The notes under the pieces are model-generated. The model worked only from the letters and a program-made list of their open reading frames with translations. It was not told the DNA's origin and ran no database searches. A stretch of DNA of 64,000 nucleotides, taken from contig CAZDGM010000006.1 in assembly GCA_964505185.1 (NCBI GenBank), positions 10,944 through 74,943 of the forward strand, in the 5' to 3' direction. Origin of the DNA: an uncultured Thermodesulfobacteriota bacterium (GTDB lineage: Bacteria; Desulfobacterota; JBBIRW01). The position numbers and the translations under genes were made by a program. This document shows, piece by piece, positions 8,627 to 18,416 of this stretch; the first letter of the stretch is position 1, and each line of letters opens with the position of its first letter.

Positions 8627-9766
8627 TTAAGGGGATATATATTCAAGTGCATTTGTTATTTCATTCTTCACATACGGGTCAACTTCCCTCTTAAGAGTAG
8701 CATTCAGTATGTCTTTTGCCTTACTTCCCCCTATTTTTCCTATTGCCCATGCGGCGTGTGATCTGATAACAGGATCATCATCAACTATTCCCATTGAAAG
8801 CTGTTCAAGGAACATGGGGTTTCTGCTATTTCCCATAACAATTGCTGCATTTCTTAACAACCCCCTTCTTCCAGTCCTGAGAATGGGTGTTCCTTTATAT
8901 TTTTCAATAAATTTTTTTTTATCCATGGAAAATATTCCCTCAAGGTTAAGAACGGGAAATCCCCCGCCTCGAAATGCATGAATATGCGTTTCTATCCTTT
9001 TATTATCAGGGCAGACCTCCTGGCATATATCACACCCGAAGAGCATATTACCCATTGATTCCCTAAGTGCGATTGGAATTGCCCCCCTGTTCTCTATAGT
9101 AAGAAATGAGATGCATCTTGTTGCATCAAGATATCCCTCGTTACTTATGGCCTCTGTCGGGCATGCCTCAATGCATTTCATGCAATCTTTGCAGTTTTTT
9201 TGAATGGGTTTTCCTTCATCGAGCTCCATATCAACGATTAGTTCCGAGAGGAAGATCCATGAACCAAAGGAAGGAGATATTATACATGTATTTTTTCCCA
9301 TCCATCCCAATCCAGCATTAAATGCGAATTCCTTTTCAGGTATGGGACAGGTGTCAACACATATCCTGTACTTAATATTTGAGCCGCTTTCTTTTTTAAT
9401 AAATGATGCAAGCTTCTCTGTCATATCCCGCAGGATTAGATGATAATCAGTTGATGATGCATATCTTGAAATTTTTGCAAAAGGTTCCTTTATTTCAGAA
9501 ACTATCTCATCATAGTTACTATTATAGTAATTTACAGCAAGTGATATTACTGCTTTTCCTTCTGGAAAGAATCTGTGTGGATTCTCCCAGACAGAAAGTG
9601 ATTTCTCAAGAAATTTCATTGAGCCATGACAATTCCATAATAGCCAATCCTTTAAAAGGCTAGATCTTTTTGATGCTGCAAAATGAGTGAAACCTACAAG
9701 GTTAAAACCAATTTCCATTGCGTGTTCTACTACAATATCGCTGGATAGCTTCCTCAAATGAGCCAT
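8627..9766 (-). CDS. queG: Epoxyqueuosine reductase with C-terminal HEAT repeats
   Basis: ISRYA..DYH, VDT.PI.EK, GKNTC, CxxCxxCxxxCP, CISFLTIE, FGCDICQEVCP and RNAAIVMGN motifs. Confidence 0.93.
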   Translation of the reverse strand: MAHLRKLSSDIVVEHAMEIGFNLVGFTHFAASKRSSLLKDWLLWNCHGSMKFLEKSLSVWENPHRFFPEGKAVISLAVNYYNSNYDEIVSEIKEPFAKISRYASSTDYHLILRDMTEKLASFIKKESGSNIKYRICVDTCPIPEKEFAFNAGLGWMGKNTCIISPSFGSWIFLSELIVDMELDEGKPIQKNCKDCMKCIEACPTEAISNEGYLDATRCISFLTIENRGAIPIALRESMGNMLFGCDICQEVCPDNKRIETHIHAFRGGGFPVLNLEGIFSMDKKKFIEKYKGTPILRTGRRGLLRNAAIVMGNSRNPMFLEQLSMGIVDDDPVIRSHAAWAIGKIGGSKAKDILNATLKREVDPYVKNEITNALEYISP

Positions 9767-10959
9767 TATCTTCTTATATTTGCATAATTCAAGACGATTT
9801 CCGATATATCCATCTGAACAATTTTTTCACCTTTTGTTTTTATTCCGCTTTTTGTTGTTCTCTTACACTGGGGGCATGCTGAAACAACAATCTGGGCTCC
9901 AGTTTTTTTAATCTCATCTATGAGATGAAAGTTTATCTTTTCAACTATCGATCTATCAACAATTTCAACATCGCCTCCTCCACCGCAGCAGAAACCACTT
10001 TCTCTATTTTTTGATAACTCTATGAAATCTACATCGGGAATGCTTTTTAAAACGATTCTGGGCTCTTCAAATACACCCATCCCTCTTCCGAGATCGCATG
10101 GATCATGGTATGTTATTTTTCTATTTAAACCTTTAAAAGAGATTTTTCCTTTACGCAAAAGCTCTGCGAAAAACTGTGTTTCATGCAATAGCTCCACATC
10201 ATTTAAATCATAATTTTTGGACCATGTATAAAAGCAGGATGGGCAATTAAAAATCACCCTTTTTGCTCCTATTTTCCTGACCATATTGGTGTTGTGTTTT
10301 ATCAGCTCTTCTGCTTCATCTCGAAATCCTGCTATTATTAAAGGAAATCCGCAGCACCATTCTTCACCACCTAAAAGGGTAACGTCTTCCCCTGATTCTA
10401 TAAGTATTTTCAATAGCGCCTGCGGAATATCCTGTGCAGCAGGTGAGAAGGAGGAGACACATCCGACAAAGTAGACTGTATTTGCCCTGTTTTTTATTAT
10501 ATTTTCCGGTACATCATCCATGTAATCCAGCCATAGTACCCTCTCTTCGTTCGGATAATTGAATATGTTGTGCTGCGTCTTCAAAGCAAGGAGAACAGCT
10601 GAGATATTTGATGGGAAATTTCCTTTTTTAACGAGTTCCTCTCTCAAATACACCACCATATCTCTTGTTCTTATTCCAACCGGACAAACCTGGGTACACC
10701 TTCCACAGAGTGTGCATCTATATGCACCCTCCATAAATTTCTGGATTTCTTCTGATATTTCAGCATCTCGAAGTTTTAGAAAAGAGAAAATGTCAAGGCT
10801 TCTCCTTGATAATCTTTTCCTTCTTTTTATCATCCCCATTACAGCAACAGATTCATCTCTCGTAGCACCAAATGAATCACATACTGATAAGCATAACCCG
10901 CACCTCGTGCAGGCTTCCATTTCTAATATCTTTCTTACCCTTATATCTGTTATTCTCAT
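9766..10959 (-). CDS. HdrD/GlpC-like Fe-S oxidoreductase (2x4Fe-4S plus CCG domains)
   Basis: CTRCGLC, CTLCGRC, CCG motifs (EWCCG, FCCGGGG), YHDPCDLGR and ACPQC. Confidence 0.9.
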   Translation of the reverse strand: MRITDIRVRKILEMEACTRCGLCLSVCDSFGATRDESVAVMGMIKRRKRLSRRSLDIFSFLKLRDAEISEEIQKFMEGAYRCTLCGRCTQVCPVGIRTRDMVVYLREELVKKGNFPSNISAVLLALKTQHNIFNYPNEERVLWLDYMDDVPENIIKNRANTVYFVGCVSSFSPAAQDIPQALLKILIESGEDVTLLGGEEWCCGFPLIIAGFRDEAEELIKHNTNMVRKIGAKRVIFNCPSCFYTWSKNYDLNDVELLHETQFFAELLRKGKISFKGLNRKITYHDPCDLGRGMGVFEEPRIVLKSIPDVDFIELSKNRESGFCCGGGGDVEIVDRSIVEKINFHLIDEIKKTGAQIVVSACPQCKRTTKSGIKTKGEKIVQMDISEIVLNYANIRR

Positions 10960-10960
10960 A

Positions 10961-11728
10961 TTATTTCTCTCTTACCTCTAACATCAGGTTTAGTGATGAG
11001 GAGAAAATATGAAACAGTTTTGTAAAGGGTATAGCAGCAACAAGAGCGATTGATAAAATCGCATGGGTATACCACATGATATTATCCAACTGTTTCCAAT
11101 CTACCTGAGATTTTTTCAAAATCAGTGAAAGACCGTAGCCAATAAAAGAGTAAATTGCAATGTAATCGGGAATATCCTGTATTATCAACCTTATAGCTTC
11201 AACAAAAAAACCGCTTAATGTTATAAGAGCAATCCATGACACAATCAGTATATCTTCTTCTTCTGTTACCAATTCATATGGTTTTTTAAAAAGCCTTCTA
11301 TAAAATGCAATGCAAACTCCTGTTAAAACAAGAAGCCCTCCAATCTCATTGAGTGAGGCAAAAATAGGTGTATCTTTTGGTAGGTTGATAATTCCTCTTT
11401 CATGAAGCATATCACCCAAACTTCCAATGAAAAATAATTCTATAAATCCCCATGCAAAACAAACACTCATCATCCATCTTTGAATGCTTTGTTTAAAAAG
11501 GCGACGCTGGATCAAAACATCAATAAGAAATGCCTTAAAGGTTTTTCTATTAAAGAAAAGGTAGATTATATCAGTAATAAATATTCTAAGATCAGCTACT
11601 TTTACAGGGTTCCCCGTCCCATCAATACTTCCTGAAAGTATCCTTCTAAATCTTAAAATGAGGCCATAGAAGAATATCAATAATGCGGGAATTGCTATTA
11701 TGTAAAAATAAAATATTCTTGTGGACAT
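10961..11728 (-). CDS. NarI/HdrE-like membrane anchor (nitrate reductase gamma family)
   Basis: About 5 TM helices, YTHAIL and IPFTKLFHIF motifs; adjacent to the HdrD-like gene. Confidence 0.82.
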   Translation of the reverse strand: MSTRIFYFYIIAIPALLIFFYGLILRFRRILSGSIDGTGNPVKVADLRIFITDIIYLFFNRKTFKAFLIDVLIQRRLFKQSIQRWMMSVCFAWGFIELFFIGSLGDMLHERGIINLPKDTPIFASLNEIGGLLVLTGVCIAFYRRLFKKPYELVTEEEDILIVSWIALITLSGFFVEAIRLIIQDIPDYIAIYSFIGYGLSLILKKSQVDWKQLDNIMWYTHAILSIALVAAIPFTKLFHIFSSSLNLMLEVREK

Positions 11729-11743
11729 TTTCCAGAGAAATCT

Positions 11744-12850
11744 TTATATCCGAAATGGTTTTTTTCTGATAAGTGCAAGGACATCAGATTTATTCTCTAT
11801 TCTTACTTCGATTGAATCCCTTATCCGAGTCCATACCTTTTCATCTATGCTGAGAAAGACATCAACAATTTCCGGATCAAACTGTTTTTCTCTGTGTTTC
11901 ATAATCTCCTCAACAGCAAAGTCATTTGTTTTTGATTGGCGGTAAGGTCTGTTTGATGTAATAGAATCAAATGCATCCACAACAGAGAATATCCTTGCGC
12001 CCAGGGGGATCTGATCCCCTTTTAGACCATTCGGATAGCCTTTTCCATCAAATCTTTCATGGTGTGAGAGGACTATCTGTGCTGCATTATTAAGGGGTTT
12101 TATGTCTTTAATAAGCGTATACCCAATGACAGGATGCCTTTTTATAATAAGCCACTCTTCCTCATTAAGTGGTCCTTTTTTCAGGAGTATGCTATCGGGT
12201 ATACCTATCTTCCCTAAATCATGAAGGAGGGAACCGCGCCATATATCAGCCACTTCATCCTGTGCGATTTCCATCTTTGCTGCAATGACCTCTGCATAAA
12301 ATGCAACCCTCAATGAGTGATTTCCAGTGCTCTCCTCTTTCACATCAATTGCATTGACCAGGCTCATAAGCGTCAGTTGATATGCATTCTCAAGCTCAGC
12401 TGTTCTCTCCCTTACCTTTTTCTCAAGGTATTTCTGATACTCACGGTTTTCAAGTATAAGCCTCCTTTTTTCAAGGGCTCCCTTTACTGAAATCTGCAGT
12501 TCTTCCGGATTGAATGGCTTTACCAGATAATCGTATGCGCCCATTTTAAGACATTCCACTGCGAGTTTCGTATCATCAAGGGCGGTGAGCATTATAATTG
12601 ATAGATCCTCATTAAGTTCCTTTATCTTTTTAAATAGCCAGAGCCCATCTTTACCAGGCATTCTTATATCTGAGATCACAAGCTCTAAATCAATATTTTG
12701 AATAATCCTCAAAGCTTCCTCTGCATTTGATGCCTCAAATGTATGATAACCTGAATTTCTAAGATACTCACTGATCAGGTGTCTTATGGTGAATTCATCG
12801 TCAACAATCAGAATTCTTTCCATAGTGCATTTTCCATTTTTGTTTCTCAT
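11744..12850 (-). CDS. Response regulator with HD-GYP phosphodiesterase domain (RpfG-like)
   Basis: REC domain (ILIVDD, SDIRMPG, KPF) plus LHDLGKIGIP, HHERFDGKGYP and RPYR. Confidence 0.94.
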   Translation of the reverse strand: MRNKNGKCTMERILIVDDEFTIRHLISEYLRNSGYHTFEASNAEEALRIIQNIDLELVISDIRMPGKDGLWLFKKIKELNEDLSIIMLTALDDTKLAVECLKMGAYDYLVKPFNPEELQISVKGALEKRRLILENREYQKYLEKKVRERTAELENAYQLTLMSLVNAIDVKEESTGNHSLRVAFYAEVIAAKMEIAQDEVADIWRGSLLHDLGKIGIPDSILLKKGPLNEEEWLIIKRHPVIGYTLIKDIKPLNNAAQIVLSHHERFDGKGYPNGLKGDQIPLGARIFSVVDAFDSITSNRPYRQSKTNDFAVEEIMKHREKQFDPEIVDVFLSIDEKVWTRIRDSIEVRIENKSDVLALIRKKPFRI

Positions 12851-12888
12851 TTTAATTCAAAATTAAAGCTCGATTCAATATCAACCAC

Positions 12889-14301
12889 TCAGAAAGCAAT
12901 GGTATGAATGGAATCATTCTCTAACTCATCGATCTTTGTTTTTACCTGGATAAATTTATCAAGCGAGTTGTCAAATGGATCATTCATGATAATCTTTCCT
13001 GCCCCAATCTTTTCAAGATTCACATTTGACCAGTCTATTGCAGAAATAAGCCCCTTTTTCTTGAGATATTTTACAATCTCTCCCCTCACACGGGCCCTTG
13101 TGTCCTGCGGGGGTTGATAAATTGCCCTTTCAATTTCCTTATCACTGAAAAATTTTATTACCAAGCCAGCATCTTCAAGCCTGTGATAGATCCCAGCTTC
13201 TGGATCTATATTATGGTAGGATATATCGAGCTGTAGAAGTCTGAAGCCATTGCCAGCCATTCCATTTTTTTTCTTATATTTATCGATCAGATTAAGCTTT
13301 ATAGCCCAGTCAATCCTGTCTGCAAGTCCCATGGGATCGGTCTTTAGCGTTTCAATAAGCTTTTTCCAATCTTCAAGTATTCCTTTAGATTCCTGATCTA
13401 ATCCTTTCTGAATATAAAATTTTTCCGCATATTCAATATATATTTCTTGGATTTCAAGGGGTGTATAATACCTCCCATCATTCATTTCAATTTTGACTTT
13501 GCATGTTAGATCATCGTTTATATCACGTAGTGCTTTCAGTGGATTCCTTATTTCAATATTCTTTTTGAAATATCCATTCTCTACCATATCGAGCACGATC
13601 CCCATTGTTCCCAGTTTTATATATGTGGTAAAGGGAGACATGTTGGAATCACTAAGAACTATATGGAGCCTTCTGTAAAGAAGGGGATCGGAGAGCGGTT
13701 CCTCTCGTGTATTTATAATGGGTCTGTCCCCCGTTGTTGATCCAGAGTAGACCTTTTCAATAAAATTCGCCCTCTGGGAGATTTTAAATCTTACATTGCC
13801 TCCATTCATATGGAGCCTTCCTGCTCCAGTAAATACAGTTCTCGTTACAAGGAATGGTATAATTTTCTCTGCCAGGTATGAAAAATTAACATCCTGTCTT
13901 ATCAGATAATTTTCATGACATCCGTATGTGTTCCCTATGGAGTCAGTATTATTTTTAAATATCTGAAATTTACCTATTAACCCTTCTTTTTCAAAAGATT
14001 CCTGAACTTTTTGGGCAATATTGTTCAATATCCTTTCTCCGGCCACATCATAGAGAACTGCATCCCTTACACTTGAACACTCAGGCGTTCCATATTCTGG
14101 ATGGCAGCCCGTGTCCTGATAAAGCCTCCCTCCATTTTCGAGGAATATGTTATAAATAGTTTCATTGGGGCAAAGGCTTTCAAAAAGAGCCTTTATTAGA
14201 TATTCACTGAACAGCGCCCTTTTTCCTGCAGGAGAAGAAAAGGGGCTCACATAATAGATTGCAAATTCCGTCTCTAATCCATAAATCCTTTTTTCATGCA
14301 T
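12889..14301 (-). CDS. pafA: Pup/UBact-protein ligase, PafA family; start reassigned to ATG 14301
   Basis: RIYGLETEF, FLENGGRLYQDTGCHPEYGTPEC, FKNNTDSIGNTYGCHENYL, RRLHIVLSDSN, LDISYHNI and TRARVRG match PafA rather than Dop. The listed N-terminal 36 aa overlap a terminator. Confidence 0.88.
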   Translation of the reverse strand: MHEKRIYGLETEFAIYYVSPFSSPAGKRALFSEYLIKALFESLCPNETIYNIFLENGGRLYQDTGCHPEYGTPECSSVRDAVLYDVAGERILNNIAQKVQESFEKEGLIGKFQIFKNNTDSIGNTYGCHENYLIRQDVNFSYLAEKIIPFLVTRTVFTGAGRLHMNGGNVRFKISQRANFIEKVYSGSTTGDRPIINTREEPLSDPLLYRRLHIVLSDSNMSPFTTYIKLGTMGIVLDMVENGYFKKNIEIRNPLKALRDINDDLTCKVKIEMNDGRYYTPLEIQEIYIEYAEKFYIQKGLDQESKGILEDWKKLIETLKTDPMGLADRIDWAIKLNLIDKYKKKNGMAGNGFRLLQLDISYHNIDPEAGIYHRLEDAGLVIKFFSDKEIERAIYQPPQDTRARVRGEIVKYLKKKGLISAIDWSNVNLEKIGAGKIIMNDPFDNSLDKFIQVKTKIDELENDSIHTIAF

Positions 14302-14380
14302 GATGAAACCCACCAATTGGAAATGCATAAATTGTGCCATTGAATTTTGGTATAGATAGTCGGTATTATGGATAAAAATA

Positions 14381-14406
14381 AAAAAGGAGGGAAAACCCTC
14401 CTTTTT
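14381..14406 (-). terminator. Rho-independent terminator after ppsA (potentially bidirectional)
   Basis: AAAAAGGAGGG-AAAA-CCCTCCTTTTT perfect inverted repeat with T tracts, about 40 nt downstream of the ppsA stop. Confidence 0.85.
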
Positions 14407-14443
14407 CAATTTTATAATTTTTCAAAATTGAAACCTGCCCTCT

Positions 14444-17400
14444 TTAGCTCATCCTCCTTTCATTTTCGACCATTTCAAAGATTATATTAATAAATTTTTC
14501 AACAAGATATTCCTTATGGGCTTTATCGAATAGAGCAAGTAATCCATCAATTTTGGCTGGATCCGAAAGAATAGGCACGGTGTTACCAAGACTTGCCTGT
14601 TGATTTATCCACATCTTTGAATTCCTGAGTAATGCAGAGACAGTAAGTGATCCAGCAGTTCTAATATCCACAAATTTTATTCTTGGACCCTCCAGGGCCT
14701 TTAAATCTACATCCTCCACCTTCCAGCAAAGGGCAACACGCTCGCCACCCGGATAATCGATCCACGTAGGTCTTGAAAGGTGATTCAAAAGGGTTGCACA
14801 AATAGCTTTATTATTATTATTTAAACAGGTTGCCTTCGGGACATTTTTATCAACCCATTTGCCCGCCTTCTCCCTCAGCCAGCTTGCATCCACACCCATT
14901 TTAACCTTTTGTGGACCCCTTTCCCCTCCATCCTCTACATATACAAGTCTCTTCTTTTCCTTCTTTGCAATCTCTGCGAAATATACAAGGATTCTTGTAT
15001 TAACAACGGTATCCGTATTGAGACTCATTGAGTCAATACCGACTTCAACAAGGAATGACGCTATTGATGGAAAATCGCTGGGCGCCTGTCCGCATATTCC
15101 AACCTTTCTTCTTGGCTTATGTACATGTGCCTTTTTTATGAGATCATCAAGAAGAATCCTCACTGCGTCATTCCTTTCGTCATAAAGATACTGGACAAGC
15201 TCAGAATCCCTGTCAAGACCCAGTGCAAGCTGGGTAAGGTCATTTGTACCTATAGAGAATCCATCAAAATACTTGGAAAATTCTGATGCAAGGATTACAT
15301 TGCTTGGAATTTCTGCCATAACATATATCTCAAGGCCATTTTCCCCTTGAATAAGACCATACTTTTTCATGGTCTCAATAACCTTCTTTCCCTCCTCCAC
15401 AGTTCTACAGAATGGGACCATAACCTTTACATTAACAAGACCCATCTCATCACGAACTTTTTTGATCGCTTTGCATTCAAGTGCAAATGCCCTTTCATAA
15501 AGCTGATGATAATACCTGCTTGCCCCCCTCCACCCAATCATCGGATTGCTTTCCTTTGGCTCATAGAATTTTCCGCCTATGAGATTTGCATACTCATTGG
15601 TTTTGAAATCCGAGAAACGTACGATCACATCCCCTTTTACCTTTCCACGCTCTTCACGATAAAAGGCAGCAGCAATACATCCTATCCCTCTTGCAAGCTC
15701 ATCAACGAAGAAATCATCCTTGTTTATATAACCCTTTGTTCTTTCATCTATAAGTTCTATAATCTTTTTGATTTCCTCAATCTCATTCTCTTTCTCCCTC
15801 TTTGCTACATATTCATCTATGATTTCAACCCCAAGCTCTGCCCTATCCTTCTCCTCACTTGACTGTAATTCATATTGCCACACCTTTTCCTTCAGTTTTT
15901 CATAATCCAGCAGGGCAAGTGGATGTATACCTATATAGGAGTTTATTATGAACTCCTTCCTGGCAAGTCCAACCCCATCATTTGGAAATCTTGCCTGATG
16001 GAAGGCCTGCTCAGGAATCCCTGCATTCATCATAATATCTGTTTTGGGATCAGGGATTTCATCAACTGCCATCCTGTCTATATGAAAAGGTAAAAGCCCT
16101 TTTAGAACCCTTCCAACTCCTGTAGAACAATCAACAGTAACCTCCATCCCTGTTTTTAACACCTCTGTTGCCCTTTCTGTTCCAATTATGCATGGGATAC
16201 CAAGCTCCCTTGATATGATGGCTGCATGACATGTTCTTCCGCCCCTGTTTGTAATGATTGCGGATGCCATTTTCATAATAGGTTCCCAATCAGGATCGGT
16301 CATATCTGTAACGAGGACCTCACCGAGCTTAAATTCACCGATCCTTTTCGCGCTATCTATCACATTTACACGACCTTTACCGATTTTAGTGCCAACAGGC
16401 ATCCCCCTTAAAAGTATATCCTCTTCTTCTACTTCACGGTCCAGTATGTATGTTTCGACCTCAACCTCATGCGCTTTAACAGTCTCTGGTCTTGCCTGAA
16501 CAACAAAAATCTTTCCAGTTCCAACATTTATCCCATCACCGTCTTTTGCCCACTCCACATCCATTGGTCTTTTATAGTGATCCTCAATTATGCAAACCCA
16601 TCGTGCAAGTTCGAGTATCTCATCGTCATTTAAAATAAATTTTTCTCTTTCATCCTTGAATACCTGAACCTTTTTTGTTGTATGCTCAGCATCATCACTA
16701 TATACAAGTTTAAATTGTTTGTCTCCGAGTTTTTTGGATATAATTGGCCTAAAACCCTTTTTTAATGTTGGTTTATGAACATAGAATTCATCAGGATTAA
16801 CCTGTCCCTGAACCACCATCTCTCCAAGGCCGTAGGATCCTGTAATATAAACAACATCCCTGAAGCCAGATTCTGTATCTATGGAAAATGCAACACCAGC
16901 ACATGCCATATCACTTCTTACCATTTTTTGAACACAAACCGATAAACTCACGCTGAAGTGATCAAACCCTTTATCTATCCTGTAAGATATTGCCCTGTTG
17001 TTAAAAAGAGATGCATAGCATCTCTTACATGCATCAACAACGTTGTATTCGCCTTTGATATTAAGATAGGTATCCTGGATCCCAGCAAAGGATGCCTCCG
17101 GTATATCCTCGGCTGTTGCGCTTGATCTGACTGCAACATCAATATCCTTAGAACCATATTTTTCGCACATCCTTCTGTATGCCTTAACGATCTCTTCCTC
17201 AAGCCTATCTGGCATATCCGTTTTTATAATCAGATCCCTTACCATCTTCCCCTTTGAAGATAAGTCCTCCATATCGTGGGGGTCTATATCACTGAGAATC
17301 TCCTTTATCCTGTCCTGTATCCCTGTTTCATTAAGAAAATATCTATATGCATATGAGGTAGTTGCAAATCCCCACGGAATCAATACACCTTTTTTGCTAA

Positions 17401-17512
17401 GGTTTCTCATCATCTCCCCAAGAGAAGCATTTTTACCACCCACAAGCTCGAGATCCTCCATTCCCACCTCATCCAGCCATAAAATGAACCTTTGACTTTT
17501 GCGTTTTGGCAT
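14444..17512 (-). CDS. ppsA: Phosphoenolpyruvate synthase (pyruvate,water dikinase) with extra C-terminal domain
   Basis: VGGKNASLGEM, AVRSSATAED, QARPETV, GGRTCHAAI (phospho-His), DFKTNEY, NPMIGWRGASRY and GTNDLTQL motifs; 1022 aa. Confidence 0.95.
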   Translation of the reverse strand: MPKRKSQRFILWLDEVGMEDLELVGGKNASLGEMMRNLSKKGVLIPWGFATTSYAYRYFLNETGIQDRIKEILSDIDPHDMEDLSSKGKMVRDLIIKTDMPDRLEEEIVKAYRRMCEKYGSKDIDVAVRSSATAEDIPEASFAGIQDTYLNIKGEYNVVDACKRCYASLFNNRAISYRIDKGFDHFSVSLSVCVQKMVRSDMACAGVAFSIDTESGFRDVVYITGSYGLGEMVVQGQVNPDEFYVHKPTLKKGFRPIISKKLGDKQFKLVYSDDAEHTTKKVQVFKDEREKFILNDDEILELARWVCIIEDHYKRPMDVEWAKDGDGINVGTGKIFVVQARPETVKAHEVEVETYILDREVEEEDILLRGMPVGTKIGKGRVNVIDSAKRIGEFKLGEVLVTDMTDPDWEPIMKMASAIITNRGGRTCHAAIISRELGIPCIIGTERATEVLKTGMEVTVDCSTGVGRVLKGLLPFHIDRMAVDEIPDPKTDIMMNAGIPEQAFHQARFPNDGVGLARKEFIINSYIGIHPLALLDYEKLKEKVWQYELQSSEEKDRAELGVEIIDEYVAKREKENEIEEIKKIIELIDERTKGYINKDDFFVDELARGIGCIAAAFYREERGKVKGDVIVRFSDFKTNEYANLIGGKFYEPKESNPMIGWRGASRYYHQLYERAFALECKAIKKVRDEMGLVNVKVMVPFCRTVEEGKKVIETMKKYGLIQGENGLEIYVMAEIPSNVILASEFSKYFDGFSIGTNDLTQLALGLDRDSELVQYLYDERNDAVRILLDDLIKKAHVHKPRRKVGICGQAPSDFPSIASFLVEVGIDSMSLNTDTVVNTRILVYFAEIAKKEKKRLVYVEDGGERGPQKVKMGVDASWLREKAGKWVDKNVPKATCLNNNNKAICATLLNHLSRPTWIDYPGGERVALCWKVEDVDLKALEGPRIKFVDIRTAGSLTVSALLRNSKMWINQQASLGNTVPILSDPAKIDGLLALFDKAHKEYLVEKFINIIFEMVENERRMS

Positions 17513-17628
17513 AATTCACCCCCATTATGCTTTCTTCATTTTCTTTCCCTTCAGTATAAATAAAACATTGTTTCTGCTATATATAAAGACTTATAGTATT
17601 TAAATGGACAAAATGATTTTTTAAAAAA

Positions 17629-17889
<261 letters not shown>

Positions 17890-17988
17890 CTATATTTAGA
17901 TTTAAGATCCATTTCCCATAATCACAAATCTAAATTATAGGTTCTGTATCCTCTTAAATCAATAATTTTCTTTTTTCGTTCGATAATC

Positions 17989-18408
17989 TTATTTTATACG
18001 GATCTCGACGGGGATCCCGTTCTTTACACTTTCTGTCACAACACAGTAGTCTTCAAAAATCTCCCTGCATCTGGCAAGTTTCGTGATATCATCTACCTGG
18101 GGTTTCAGCTCAATTGTTATTGCCCCTATTCTCAATCTCCCTCTCTCGTTTCTTTTCAAGGTTGTAATAATCTTCGTCTTCATTCCCTTTACATCTGCAT
18201 GGGACTTTCTCAAACAGAAAAGAAGACTTTCAGTAAGACACCCCCCAACTGCGGCTGAAATAAGCATGGCAGGATTAGGTCCACTTCCACTTCCCACGGG
18301 TGGAGGTTCGTCCATTGTAAGGTTTCCGAGTTCCTCCCCATCAAATCTTACTTTCAGCCTGTAGTCGTTTAAAAGTTCAAGTTCGGTAGTAATAACTTTT
18401 TCTCCCAT
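17989..18408 (-). CDS. OsmC-family protein
   Basis: DEP..G.G.GPNP, AVGGCL and DYCVVTES (two conserved Cys). Confidence 0.88.
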   Translation of the reverse strand: MGEKVITTELELLNDYRLKVRFDGEELGNLTMDEPPPVGSGSGPNPAMLISAAVGGCLTESLLFCLRKSHADVKGMKTKIITTLKRNERGRLRIGAITIELKPQVDDITKLARCREIFEDYCVVTESVKNGIPVEIRIK

Positions 18409-18416
18409 GTTACCCC

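Noticed and set aside
12851-14443. pup/ubact gene next to pafA
   Set aside because: The intergenic gaps are too short, or are occupied by the terminator, and no acidic ORF ending in GGE/GGQ was seen.
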